Below, one piece after another: positions 53,783-62,640 of a DNA stretch of 64,000 nucleotides. Below the pieces are notes generated by a model. That model saw nothing but the letters and a program-made list of their open reading frames with translations, did not search any database and had not been told where the DNA came from. Position numbers and translations under genes: made by a program. How positions within the stretch are numbered: position 1 is the first letter of the stretch; each line of letters starts with the position of its first letter. Where the stretch lies: contig JALOLD010000009.1 of the NCBI GenBank assembly GCA_025456145.1, positions 64,899-128,898 of the forward strand. The letters are read 5' to 3'. This DNA comes from Thermoanaerobaculales bacterium (GTDB lineage Bacteria; Acidobacteriota; Thermoanaerobaculia; Thermoanaerobaculales; Sulfomarinibacteraceae).

Positions 53783-56089
53783 CTAGCTCGGACCGCCGAG
53801 GGCCCGCTCGAGCTCGGCCGTGAGGTCGCGGCCGAGGGGGTTGTCGGGGTGGGCGGCGGTCATCCTCCGGGCCACCACGAGGGCAGCCTGGAGATCGCCG
53901 GTTCGTGCGTAGTGATCCGCCAGGGCGAGGAGGGCGTCGAGGCTGGTGGGATCGAGCTCGACCGCCCGTCGCAGCGCCGTCCCGGCATCCTCGATCCGGC
54001 CCACCGCCTGGAGCGCGAGACCGAGGTTGTAGTGGGCGCGCACCCAATCCGGCTCGAGCTCGACCGTGCGCTCGAGGAGGGCCACCGCCTCGTCGACCCG
54101 GCCCATCTCGGCGAGCAGCAGGCCGAGGGAGTAGGTCGCCTGCCCGTCCTCCGGCTGGGCGTCGAGGACCTCCCGGAGCAGGACCTCCGCCTCGTCGTTG
54201 CGGCCGAGCGAGCTGAGCAGCACCGCCAGGTTCATCTTGGCCGGGATGAACAGGCCGTCGACCTCGAGGGCCGCGCGGTACATCTCGACCGCCCGCTCGC
54301 TGTCCCCGAGCCGGGCGGCGAGGTTGCCGAGATTGTGGCCGGCGAAGGCGAAGTCCATAGAGGCGAGCATGTCGGCCTCGTGCTCGGCGACGACCTCGGC
54401 GAGCCGGTCGCGCTGGTAGGGCCGCAGCAGCCCGTCGGGCGCCCCGGCGAGCCGGCTCGCGGCGAGCGTGCGAACCCCTCGCACCGGGTCGAAGAGCAGC
54501 GGCGCGAGCTTCTCGACGAGCTGCTCGGCGGTCATCCCCGGCAGGCCCTCGACCGCGGCCCGACGGATGATCGGCTCGGGGTCGGCGAGGGCGAGGTCGA
54601 AGAGGGCGCCGACCTCGGCGTCCGGGTCGTAGCCCCCGAGCAGGCTGATCGCGGTCGCGCGGACGATCGCCGGATACAGGGGGTCGCCGGCGAGCCGGAT
54701 CAAGGGCTCGCGCGCCTCGGGCGAGCCGGCGCGGCCGCCCGCGATAACTGTGCCGTAGTGGGGCTTGCGCGCTCTGCCATACCAGGCCTCGTGCTCGGCG
54801 ATCTGCCAGTCGAGGCTCTTGTCGGCGTGGCAGCCGGTCTGGCCGCAGGCGTTGGGGACCCCGATCGACCGGGTCAGATCGGGCCGCGGCACCCGGAAGC
54901 TGTGATCCGCCCGCCAGTCGACGACCATGAAGGGCCGCTCGGGCATGTGGCAGGAGACGCAGCGCGCCCCCGCCGACGGCTTCCCATCGACGACCTTCTT
55001 GTGGAAGTGGTGGTCGGGGCTGTCATAGGTGTCGAGCCGATGGCACTGGCCGCACAGCTCGTTGCCCTCGGCCCGGAGCTCGAGGCTGTGGACGTCGTGG
55101 CAGTCCGAGCAGCGGACGTCGTTCGCGTACATCTTGCTCTGGAGGAAGGAGCCGTAGACATAGACCTCGTCGAGGATCTGGCCGTCCGGGTGGTACAGCC
55201 CTTCGTCGAGCAGCGCCGGCACCAGCCGGTCGAGGAGCTCGTGGCTGCTGTGGCTGAAGTCGCCGAGCTCGGAGCGGCGCGAGTGACAGGGGGCGCACAG
55301 CTCGACCTGCTCCCGCGAGGTGATGCCGCTCGTCTGGACCACCAGCCCGTCGCCATCGCCGACCGGCCGGGCCATCGGCGGCAGCTCCGCCCAGGCGACG
55401 TGGGCCGAGCCCGGGCCGTGGCAGGCCTCGCAGCTGACGTCGATCTCCGACCAGGTCGTCGAGAAGCTCCGGCTCGCGAAGTCGTAGCCCTTGACCAGGT
55501 TGGTCGAGTGGCACTCGGCACACATCCCGTTCCAGTTCTGGGCGTTGCGGGTCCAGTGGAGCCAGTCGTCGGGCGGGATGTCGCGATCCGGGTAGAGGTG
55601 GAACCACTCGCCGCGGACCGAGTCCCAGGCGATGCTCAGGGCCTGCAGCCGGCCGCCCGGAAAGGGCACCAGGTACTGCTGGAGCGGGTCGTGGCCGAAG
55701 GTGTAGGCGATCTCGAAGTCCCCCATCTCGCCGTCGGGACCCTCGGTGCGGACGAAGAAGCCGCCGTCTCGTCGGAAGAAGAGGCTGGTGATCCCGCGGT
55801 GGACAAAGGTCGCGTCGGCGAAGTCGCCGAGCACCGTCTCCTCGGTGGCCTCGGCCATCGCCAGGTCGTGGTCCGAGCCGGCCCAGGCCTCGGCGGCAGC
55901 GGCGTGGCAGCCCGCACAGCGCTCCCGGCCGACGAAGACCGGCGGGGCGACCGGCCCTGCGGCGCCTCGGCCCACGGGCTCGATCACCAGCGACAGGGGC
56001 ACCGCGACGACGATCACCGCGGTCGAGACGGCGCCCAGGAGCTTCCACGGGCGGAGGAGGTCGCCGGCGCCCCCCGGCGCCGCGGTCAT
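53783..56089 (-). CDS. Membrane-anchored multihaem cytochrome c (7 CxxCH + 1 CxxxxCH) fused to HEAT/TPR repeats
   Basis: ATG at 56089 in an ATGA overlap with the upstream stop. It has an N-terminal TM. Haem motifs are CAGCH, CAECH, CEACH, CAPCH, CSDCH, CGQCH, CVSCH and CGQTGCH. The C-terminal ~330 aa are helical repeats. Confidence 0.85.
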   Translation of the reverse strand: MTAAPGGAGDLLRPWKLLGAVSTAVIVVAVPLSLVIEPVGRGAAGPVAPPVFVGRERCAGCHAAAAEAWAGSDHDLAMAEATEETVLGDFADATFVHRGITSLFFRRDGGFFVRTEGPDGEMGDFEIAYTFGHDPLQQYLVPFPGGRLQALSIAWDSVRGEWFHLYPDRDIPPDDWLHWTRNAQNWNGMCAECHSTNLVKGYDFASRSFSTTWSEIDVSCEACHGPGSAHVAWAELPPMARPVGDGDGLVVQTSGITSREQVELCAPCHSRRSELGDFSHSSHELLDRLVPALLDEGLYHPDGQILDEVYVYGSFLQSKMYANDVRCSDCHDVHSLELRAEGNELCGQCHRLDTYDSPDHHFHKKVVDGKPSAGARCVSCHMPERPFMVVDWRADHSFRVPRPDLTRSIGVPNACGQTGCHADKSLDWQIAEHEAWYGRARKPHYGTVIAGGRAGSPEAREPLIRLAGDPLYPAIVRATAISLLGGYDPDAEVGALFDLALADPEPIIRRAAVEGLPGMTAEQLVEKLAPLLFDPVRGVRTLAASRLAGAPDGLLRPYQRDRLAEVVAEHEADMLASMDFAFAGHNLGNLAARLGDSERAVEMYRAALEVDGLFIPAKMNLAVLLSSLGRNDEAEVLLREVLDAQPEDGQATYSLGLLLAEMGRVDEAVALLERTVELEPDWVRAHYNLGLALQAVGRIEDAGTALRRAVELDPTSLDALLALADHYARTGDLQAALVVARRMTAAHPDNPLGRDLTAELERALGGPS

Positions 56090-57864
56090 GGTCGGACCAC
56101 CTGGGACGGCTCGAAGGAGGCGCGGCGCACCGTCGTACCCGAGTCGACCTTGACCACCCCGTTCTCGATCCGCACCGGGTGGAGGTCGAGGGCGCGCGGC
56201 GCCGGCGGGCTGACGACCCGGCCGAGGAGGTCGAAGGACGAGGCGTGGCACGGGCAGACGAAGCGCCCCTCCTCCGCGACCCACGGGACGGTGCAGCCGA
56301 GGTGGGTGCAGCTCCGCGACAGGGCGAGGAAGCCCCCGTCCTCGGTGCACGCCAGGTAGAACCGGCCGGCCGGGAACGCGGTCACCGTCCCGGCCTCGAA
56401 GCTCTCCACCGGCCCGGCGACCACGATCGTGTCGTCGTCCGGCGCGGCGCGGCGGCGCAGCGGGCCGAGGATCGCGCCGGCGACCCAGGCCCCCTCGAGG
56501 ACGGCGAGGCCGCCTAGCCACAGCCAGAGCCGCCCGAGGAAGCCGCGCCGGGTCGGCGCCGCGTCGTCGTCCGGGCGCTCGCTCATCCGCCGCTCTCCCA
56601 GGGCCAGACCAGCGAAGCGGGCTCGGAGCACCGCCACGAAGAGCGCGATGGCTGCCACCGCCAGCGCCGGCGCGACCAGGCCGGCCGCCACGCCCGCGGG
56701 CTCGGATGCGGTCGGGCCGAGCTCGTCGAGCACGATCAGCAGCGGCGTCGCGACGAGACCGAACACGACCGCGGCGAGACCGGTCCGCCGCCCGACCGCC
56801 GACATCATCCACACCCCGTCGACGCCCTCGCGGAAGGGGAGGTAGGGCAGCAACGACGCGAGGAGGATCGCCGCGACGGGTACGACCACCACCGCGACCA
56901 CCGGGTGGACGTGGAGCAGCAGCTCCTGGAAGCCGAGGAAGTACCATGGCGCCTTGGCCGGGTTGGGGCTCATGCCGGGGTTGGCCTGGGCGCCGAGCGG
57001 CGCGCTGACGAGGACCGACATCACGACCACCAGCGCGATCAGCGTGCAGGCGACCGCGACCTCCCGGATGAGCAGATTCGGCACGAAGAGCACGGTCTCC
57101 GACGGAGCGTCGACGACCTCGCCCGCGGCCCTCGGGACGACCACCCCCCGGGCCTTGCGGACCCTCCAGAAGTGCAACGCCATGGCGGCGATGAGCAGCG
57201 CCGGCACGACCGTCGTGTGGATCGTGTAGAAGCCGATCAGGGTCGCCGACGAGATCTCGGGCCCGCCCCGGGCGAGGCGCTGGAGCCCCTCGCCGATCCA
57301 CGGCACATAGGCCAGCATCCCGGTCGAGATCGTGATCGCCCAGTAGGACAGCTGGTCCCAGGGCAGCAGGTAGCCGGTGAAGTTCGAGACCAGGACGAGC
57401 AGCAGCAGCCCGAGACCGACCACCCAGTTGAGCTGACGCGGCGGGTGGTAGCCGCCGCTGAGAAACACCCTCAGGAGGTGGAGGCAGACCACCGCGATGA
57501 CCAGGTTGGCGCTCCAGTGGTGGACGGCGCGCACCAGCCGGCCAAAGGGCACCTCGTTCTCGAGGGCAACGACCGAGGCATAGGCCGTGTCGGGCGACGG
57601 CTGGTAGACGAACATCATGAGGGCGCCGGTGGCGAAGAGCAGCAGCACGAGCACCAGCGACATCCCGCCCAGCCCGAAGGTGTGGGTGAAGCGCATGGTG
57701 GCCGCCGGAACCTGGGTCGGGCGGAGGTGGAGCACCAGGGTGTTCAGAACGATCCGGCGCCGGTCGCGGTCGGTGATCGGGAGGATCGGCCCGCCGCCCA
57801 CCGAGCGCCGGATGCGCCGGAGGATCCCGCCCTGCTGCTCGTCCCGATCCGGCTCGGCCACCAC
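56086..57864 (-). CDS. Cytochrome b (b6 + subunit IV-like, 8 TM) fused in frame to a Rieske [2Fe-2S] domain
   Basis: Haem-ligand His pairs are HHWSANLVIAVVCLH and HTTVVPALLIAAMALH (b6-type spacing). The Qo-loop motif is APWY. The C-terminal part has a Tat-like TRRGFLG, a TM and the Rieske boxes CTHLGC / CPCH. The start (GTG 57864 or 57861) is uncertain. Confidence 0.8.
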   Translation of the reverse strand: MVAEPDRDEQQGGILRRIRRSVGGGPILPITDRDRRRIVLNTLVLHLRPTQVPAATMRFTHTFGLGGMSLVLVLLLFATGALMMFVYQPSPDTAYASVVALENEVPFGRLVRAVHHWSANLVIAVVCLHLLRVFLSGGYHPPRQLNWVVGLGLLLLVLVSNFTGYLLPWDQLSYWAITISTGMLAYVPWIGEGLQRLARGGPEISSATLIGFYTIHTTVVPALLIAAMALHFWRVRKARGVVVPRAAGEVVDAPSETVLFVPNLLIREVAVACTLIALVVVMSVLVSAPLGAQANPGMSPNPAKAPWYFLGFQELLLHVHPVVAVVVVPVAAILLASLLPYLPFREGVDGVWMMSAVGRRTGLAAVVFGLVATPLLIVLDELGPTASEPAGVAAGLVAPALAVAAIALFVAVLRARFAGLALGERRMSERPDDDAAPTRRGFLGRLWLWLGGLAVLEGAWVAGAILGPLRRRAAPDDDTIVVAGPVESFEAGTVTAFPAGRFYLACTEDGGFLALSRSCTHLGCTVPWVAEEGRFVCPCHASSFDLLGRVVSPPAPRALDLHPVRIENGVVKVDSGTTVRRASFEPSQVVRP

Positions 57865-58143
57865 ACCCCCCCTGGAGCGGACCGACCCATGATACCCGGA
57901 CGCGGAGGGGAGCCCGGCGTTCCCCGGTTCGACCCGAGAGCCGACGACGCCGCCGGCGCCCGTGCGGTCAGCCGACACCGCCCCAAGATCCAGCCGCGAG
58001 CCGATCACCTCTGCCTCGCCGTCGCCGTTCCTGCCGCTGGCCCGATGGCTGCCCCGCGATCATGGAGGGGCTCACTAAATGAAATGTTGTCTCAATATTA
58101 ATAACAGAGTTTGCCTAGAATGATTCCTGATCGGAGGATCTCG

Positions 58144-59592
58144 ATGAGGTATGTCTGCTCGGTCTGCGCCTGGGTCTTCGACGAGGAGTCCGAGGGTCTG
58201 GGCTGGGCCGATCTGCCCGACGACTGGACCTGCCCGATCTGCACGGCCGACCGGAGCTTCTTCGAGAAGGAGGGAGGAGCCGGCGCAGCGGCGCCGCCCA
58301 CCGCCCCAACCCACGGGGACGCCACGACCGAAGCGGGCGATCTCGCGAGCTATCTCGCGAGCTGGCGGAGGGAGAGCCACCCGATCGAGGAGGACCTCGC
58401 CACGATCCAGGAGATGGCGATCACCGGCCGCACCGTCCTCGACCCGATGCGGACGACGAAGCCGGTGCCCTCCTGGGACGAGATCCTGATCTGCGGCGCC
58501 CAGCTCGCCACCCTGCCGCTCAACGCGGACGAGCCGGTCTCGACCGCGACGGTCATCGGGCCGAAGGCCGCGACGCCGCTCGTCATCGACACCCCGGTGT
58601 ACGTCAGCCACATGTCCTTCGGCGCGCTGTCGCGCGAGGTCAAGATCGCGCTGGCCCGCGGCAGCGCCGCGGTGGGCACCGCGATGTGCTCGGGCGAGGG
58701 CGGCATTCTGCCCGAGAGTCTCGCGGCCGCCCACCGGTACATCTTCGAGGTCATCCCCAACCGCTACTCGCTGACCGATCACAACCTCCGGGCGGTCGAC
58801 GCGGTCGAGATCAAGATCGGCCAGTCAGCCAAGCCCGGGCTCGGCGGCCACCTGCCGGGCGACAAGGTCACCGCCGAGATCGCCGCGATCCGCGGCTTCC
58901 CGCCCGGCGTCGACATCACCAGCCCGTCGCGCTTCCCCGACATTCGCGACGCCGACGAGCTCCGCGCCAAGATCGACTGGTTGCGCCAGGCCACCGGCGG
59001 CAAGCCGGTCGGCGTCAAGCTCGCCGCCGGCCGGATCGAGGCCGACCTCGCCGTCGCCTTGGCGGCCGGGCCCGACTTCGTCACCATCGACGGCCGGCCG
59101 GGCGCCACCGGGGCCGCGCCCAAGGTGGTCAAGGACGCCGCCGCGATCCCGACGATCTACGCTCTCGCCCGGGCCCGGCGGTTCCTCGACGATCACGGCG
59201 CCGACGGCGTGTCCCTCGTCGTCACCGGCGGCCTCCGGACCTCGTCGGACGTCGCCAAGGCCCTCGCCATGGGCGCCGACGCCGTTGCCCTTGCCTCCGC
59301 GGCTCTGATGGCGGCCGGCTGCCAGCACTATCGGATCTGCCACACCGGCCGCTGCCCGGTGGGTGTCGCCACCCAGGATCCGGAGCTGCGTGCGCGCCTC
59401 GATGTCGAGCGCTCGGCGCGGCGGGTGGCGAACTACCTCGGCGCCCTGACCCGGGAGCTCGGCGACTTCGCCCGCCTCACGGGCCGCGACGACGTCCATT
59501 CGCTGAGCCCGAGCGACCTCCGGACCACCAGCCCGGAGATCGCGAGATACACCCCGATCGCCCACGTCGGCGAGCCCGAAGCAACCTCGTGA
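58144..59592 (+). CDS. Rubredoxin fused to glutamate-synthase-like FMN/Fe-S domain protein
   Basis: ATG at 58144 preceded by GGAGGA. The rubredoxin domain carries CSVC...CPIC. The GltB-domain-2-like core carries MSFGALS, GQSAKPGLGGHLPG and DGRPGATGAAP. The Cys cluster is CQHYRICHTGRCPVG. Confidence 0.85.
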   Translation: MRYVCSVCAWVFDEESEGLGWADLPDDWTCPICTADRSFFEKEGGAGAAAPPTAPTHGDATTEAGDLASYLASWRRESHPIEEDLATIQEMAITGRTVLDPMRTTKPVPSWDEILICGAQLATLPLNADEPVSTATVIGPKAATPLVIDTPVYVSHMSFGALSREVKIALARGSAAVGTAMCSGEGGILPESLAAAHRYIFEVIPNRYSLTDHNLRAVDAVEIKIGQSAKPGLGGHLPGDKVTAEIAAIRGFPPGVDITSPSRFPDIRDADELRAKIDWLRQATGGKPVGVKLAAGRIEADLAVALAAGPDFVTIDGRPGATGAAPKVVKDAAAIPTIYALARARRFLDDHGADGVSLVVTGGLRTSSDVAKALAMGADAVALASAALMAAGCQHYRICHTGRCPVGVATQDPELRARLDVERSARRVANYLGALTRELGDFARLTGRDDVHSLSPSDLRTTSPEIARYTPIAHVGEPEATS

Positions 59593-59615
59593 ACACATTG
59601 AAGGAGGACCCGACC

Positions 59616-60134
59616 GTGTCGCAGACCCGCGAGAACCTGATGGCCGCGTTCGCCGGCGAGAGCCAGGCGCGCAACATGTACACCTACTTCGCCCAGGTCG
59701 CCCACAAGGAGGGCTACCACTACATTGCGAAGATCTTCGAGGAAACCGCCTTGAACGAGATGCGGCATGCCAAGGACGAGTTCGTGCTCGCCGGCAAGCT
59801 CGGCGACACCGCGGCGAACCTCGAGGCGGCGATCGGCGGCGAGGACCACGAGACGACCTCGATGTACCCCGAGTTCGCCGACCAGGCCGAGGCCGAGGGC
59901 AACAAGGACGCCGCGATCCTCTTTCGGATGATCGCGAAGGTCGAGGCCGAGCACCGCGACCGCTACCGCCGGCTACTCGAGATGGTGAAGGGCGGCACGG
60001 TCTTCAAACGCGATCGGCCGATCCGCTGGCGCTGCGGGGTCTGCGGCTACATCCACGAGGGGACCGAGCCGCCGGGGAAGTGCCCGTGCTGCAAGCACTC
60101 GCGCGAGCACTTCGAGCCCGAGGGCGAGCTCTGA
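59616..60134 (+). CDS. rbr: Rubrerythrin
   Basis: GTG at 59616 preceded by AAGGAGGA. Diiron four-helix motifs are ESQARNMY, EMRH and EAEH. The C-terminal rubredoxin-like domain carries CGVCG...CPCC. Confidence 0.9.
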   Translation: MSQTRENLMAAFAGESQARNMYTYFAQVAHKEGYHYIAKIFEETALNEMRHAKDEFVLAGKLGDTAANLEAAIGGEDHETTSMYPEFADQAEAEGNKDAAILFRMIAKVEAEHRDRYRRLLEMVKGGTVFKRDRPIRWRCGVCGYIHEGTEPPGKCPCCKHSREHFEPEGEL

Positions 60135-60158
60135 GCCGGACCGCCACCGCAACGGGGG

Positions 60159-60186
60159 CGCCCGCCGGCACGGTCGCCGGCGGGCG
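60159..60186 (+). terminator. GC-rich hairpin after rubrerythrin (terminator-like, weak T tract)
   Basis: Perfect 11-bp stem CGCCCGCCGGC / GCCGGCGGGCG with loop ACGGTC, followed only by TT. Confidence 0.45.
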
Positions 60187-60420
60187 TTGCTCGCGTCGCA
60201 GGGTGGTCAGGGCACGACGGAGGACCAGGCAGCGGTCGTACCGTCGGGGCCGCCGTGCCGGTGGAAGAGCTCGGACGCGATTTCATGATCGAGCCAGAGA
60301 TCGCGGAAGTCACTTCTCTCAATCAATCTACTCCGGAATCATCCCTGTATGACTTCGATGCTCCGAGCTCGCATCTCGGGATGGTACATAATCGGCCCAG
60401 AGCCACGAGGACTGGAGCCC

Positions 60421-62640
60421 ATGACCCGCATCACCCGCCGCATCGCCACCATCGCGCTCGCCACTCTGGTCGTCCCTCTCGCCGCGGCCCAGGAGATCGC
60501 GACCCAGCCCGCCCCCGAGCCCAAGCTCGTGCTCGTGCTCTCCGGGGGCGGCGCCCGGGGAACCGCCCACGTCGGCGTGATCCGGGCCCTCGAGGAGCTC
60601 CGGATCGCCCCCGATCTGATCGTCGGCACCAGCATGGGATCGATCGTCGGCGGGCTCTACGCCGCCGGCTGGTCGCCCGACGAGATGGAGGAGCTGCTCG
60701 CCGCGACCGACTGGAACGAGGTCTTCAGCGACGAGGCCCCGCGCGCCGACAAGACCTACCGCCGCAAGCAGGACGACCGGCCGGTCCTGATCCAGACCCG
60801 GGTCCACTTCAAGGGTTGGAGGCCCTACCTGCCGCCCGGGATCCTCGGCGGTCAGAATCTCGAGCTCCTGATGGACGCGCTGCAGGCCGAGTCGACGGCC
60901 GCGGTCGACCTCGAGGACCTCAACATCCCGTTCCGCGCCGTCGCCGCCGACCTCGGCAGCGGAGAAGCGGTGGTGCTCCGCAACACCAGCCTCGCCACCG
61001 CGATGCGCGCCTCGATGTCGATCGCCGGCGTCTTCGCGCCGGTCGAGCTCGACGGCCGCCGGCTGGTCGACGGCGCCGCGGTCGCCAACCTGCCGATCGG
61101 GGTCGCGCGCGACCTCGGCGCAACCACGATCATCGCGGTCGACATCTCGACGCCCCTCGACCCCGACGACGACGACCCGAGCGACCTCTTCTCGATCATC
61201 AACCGCAACAACTCGGTCCTCGCCGCCGCCAACCGCGACCGCGACCTCCGTCTGCTCGGCGCCGGCGACGTGCTGATCCAGCCCGACCTCGGCGACATCA
61301 CGTTTGCCGACTTCTCGCGCTCGCTCGAGGCGGTGGCGAGCGGCGTCGCGGCCACCCGGGCGAAAGCCGGCGAGCTCGCGCGGTACTCCCTCGACGACGA
61401 CGCCTGGCAGGACTTCCTCACCCGCCAGCGGCGCCGGCCGCACGGACCGATCGAGATCGACCGGGTGCGGATCGACAACGGCGCGCCGATCGACGACGCG
61501 ATCGTCCGCCGCGCCCTGTCGGTCGACCCGCCGGCGACCTTCGACTCGGCCGCACTGAGTGGCGAGCTGATCCGGCTCCGCGCGCTGCGCTACTTCGGCG
61601 TCATGAGCTTCGATCTCGAGGGTGAGGAGGGCAACCGCGAGCTCGTCGTCACGACCCCGCCGCCGCCCTACGGCCGCGGCTCGGTCCAGCTCGGGATCGG
61701 CTTTCAGGACGACTTCGAGGGCAACACCGGCTACACGGTGACCGCCCGCCACCAGGTGCTGCCGGTCAACCGGCGCGGCGGCGAGTGGCAGAACGTCGTC
61801 CAGCTCGGGACCGTCGGCATCCTCGACAGTCAGTTCTACCAGCCTCTCGACAGCGCGATGCGCTGGTTCGTCGAGCCGTCGGCGGGCTTCCGCCGCGAGC
61901 TCGCCGACCTCTGGATCGACGGGACGCCGGTCGTCGAGTACGAGATCGAGAGCCTCGAGGCCCGGCTCGCCGCCGGCAGGGTGCTCGGCCGCTGGGGCGA
62001 GCTCCGCGCCACCGCCTACACCGCCGACTACCGCGCCACCCCGAAGCTCGGCAGCCCGATCTTTCCCCCCGACGAAGAGCGTCGCGGCGGAGTCCGGGTC
62101 GACTTCCACGTCGACACCGTCGACCAGGTCGCTTTCCCGACCCGCGGCTTCGAGGTCAGCGCGACGTACCAACGGTCGTCGTCGGCACTCGGCGCGGAGA
62201 GCCCGACCGATCTCGCCGCCGTCCGGGTCGCCTCCTCCTTCAGCCTCGGGCGCATCGTCGTCAACCCGTACCTCGAGTACGGAGAGAACTTCGAGCCGAC
62301 CTTCGACTACCTCAACCTGTTCAAGCTGGGCGGTCTCGGACGGCTGTCCGGGCTCGGCGACAACGAGCTGCTCGGAGAGAAGCTCGCCCTCGGCCGGATC
62401 GTCGGCCGGTACCGGCTCACCGGCTTCCGGCTGGCCGGCTTCAGCGTCCGGGTCTACGCCGGTCTCAGCCTCGAGGCGGGGAACGTCTTCGCCGCCGACG
62501 AGTCGATCACCGGCTCGAGCCTGCGCACCGCCTGGGGCGCCTTCATCGGCGCCGACACGCCGCTCGGGCCGCTCTACCTCGGCTATGGACGGACCGACGA
62601 CCGCGACCGGATCTACCTGGCGATCGGCGACCGGTTCTGA
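60421..62640 (+). CDS. Patatin-like phospholipase fused to POTRA/Omp85 beta-barrel (PlpD-type, type Vd secretion)
   Basis: ATG at 60421. It has a signal peptide. The patatin domain carries SGGGARG, GTSMG (GxSxG) and DGAA. The C-terminal beta-barrel ends in Phe (AIGDRF). Confidence 0.85.
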   Translation: MTRITRRIATIALATLVVPLAAAQEIATQPAPEPKLVLVLSGGGARGTAHVGVIRALEELRIAPDLIVGTSMGSIVGGLYAAGWSPDEMEELLAATDWNEVFSDEAPRADKTYRRKQDDRPVLIQTRVHFKGWRPYLPPGILGGQNLELLMDALQAESTAAVDLEDLNIPFRAVAADLGSGEAVVLRNTSLATAMRASMSIAGVFAPVELDGRRLVDGAAVANLPIGVARDLGATTIIAVDISTPLDPDDDDPSDLFSIINRNNSVLAAANRDRDLRLLGAGDVLIQPDLGDITFADFSRSLEAVASGVAATRAKAGELARYSLDDDAWQDFLTRQRRRPHGPIEIDRVRIDNGAPIDDAIVRRALSVDPPATFDSAALSGELIRLRALRYFGVMSFDLEGEEGNRELVVTTPPPPYGRGSVQLGIGFQDDFEGNTGYTVTARHQVLPVNRRGGEWQNVVQLGTVGILDSQFYQPLDSAMRWFVEPSAGFRRELADLWIDGTPVVEYEIESLEARLAAGRVLGRWGELRATAYTADYRATPKLGSPIFPPDEERRGGVRVDFHVDTVDQVAFPTRGFEVSATYQRSSSALGAESPTDLAAVRVASSFSLGRIVVNPYLEYGENFEPTFDYLNLFKLGGLGRLSGLGDNELLGEKLALGRIVGRYRLTGFRLAGFSVRVYAGLSLEAGNVFAADESITGSSLRTAWGAFIGADTPLGPLYLGYGRTDDRDRIYLAIGDRF

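Noticed and set aside
53774-56359. 861-aa plus-strand ORF antisense to the multihaem cytochrome gene. The many other >300-aa Arg/Gly-rich ORFs in the track, e.g. 20196..21854 -, 23722..25263 -, 39548..41806 +, 60328..62172 -, are of the same kind.
   Set aside because: All are antisense to or out of frame with genes carrying specific motifs. All are compositionally biased and have no recognisable domains.
56084-56586. Rieske protein as a separate gene starting at ATG 56586
   Set aside because: There is no stop codon between the cytochrome b part and this ATG in the given sequence, so it cannot be called an independent CDS. Internal initiation or an assembly indel remains possible and is raised in the finding.
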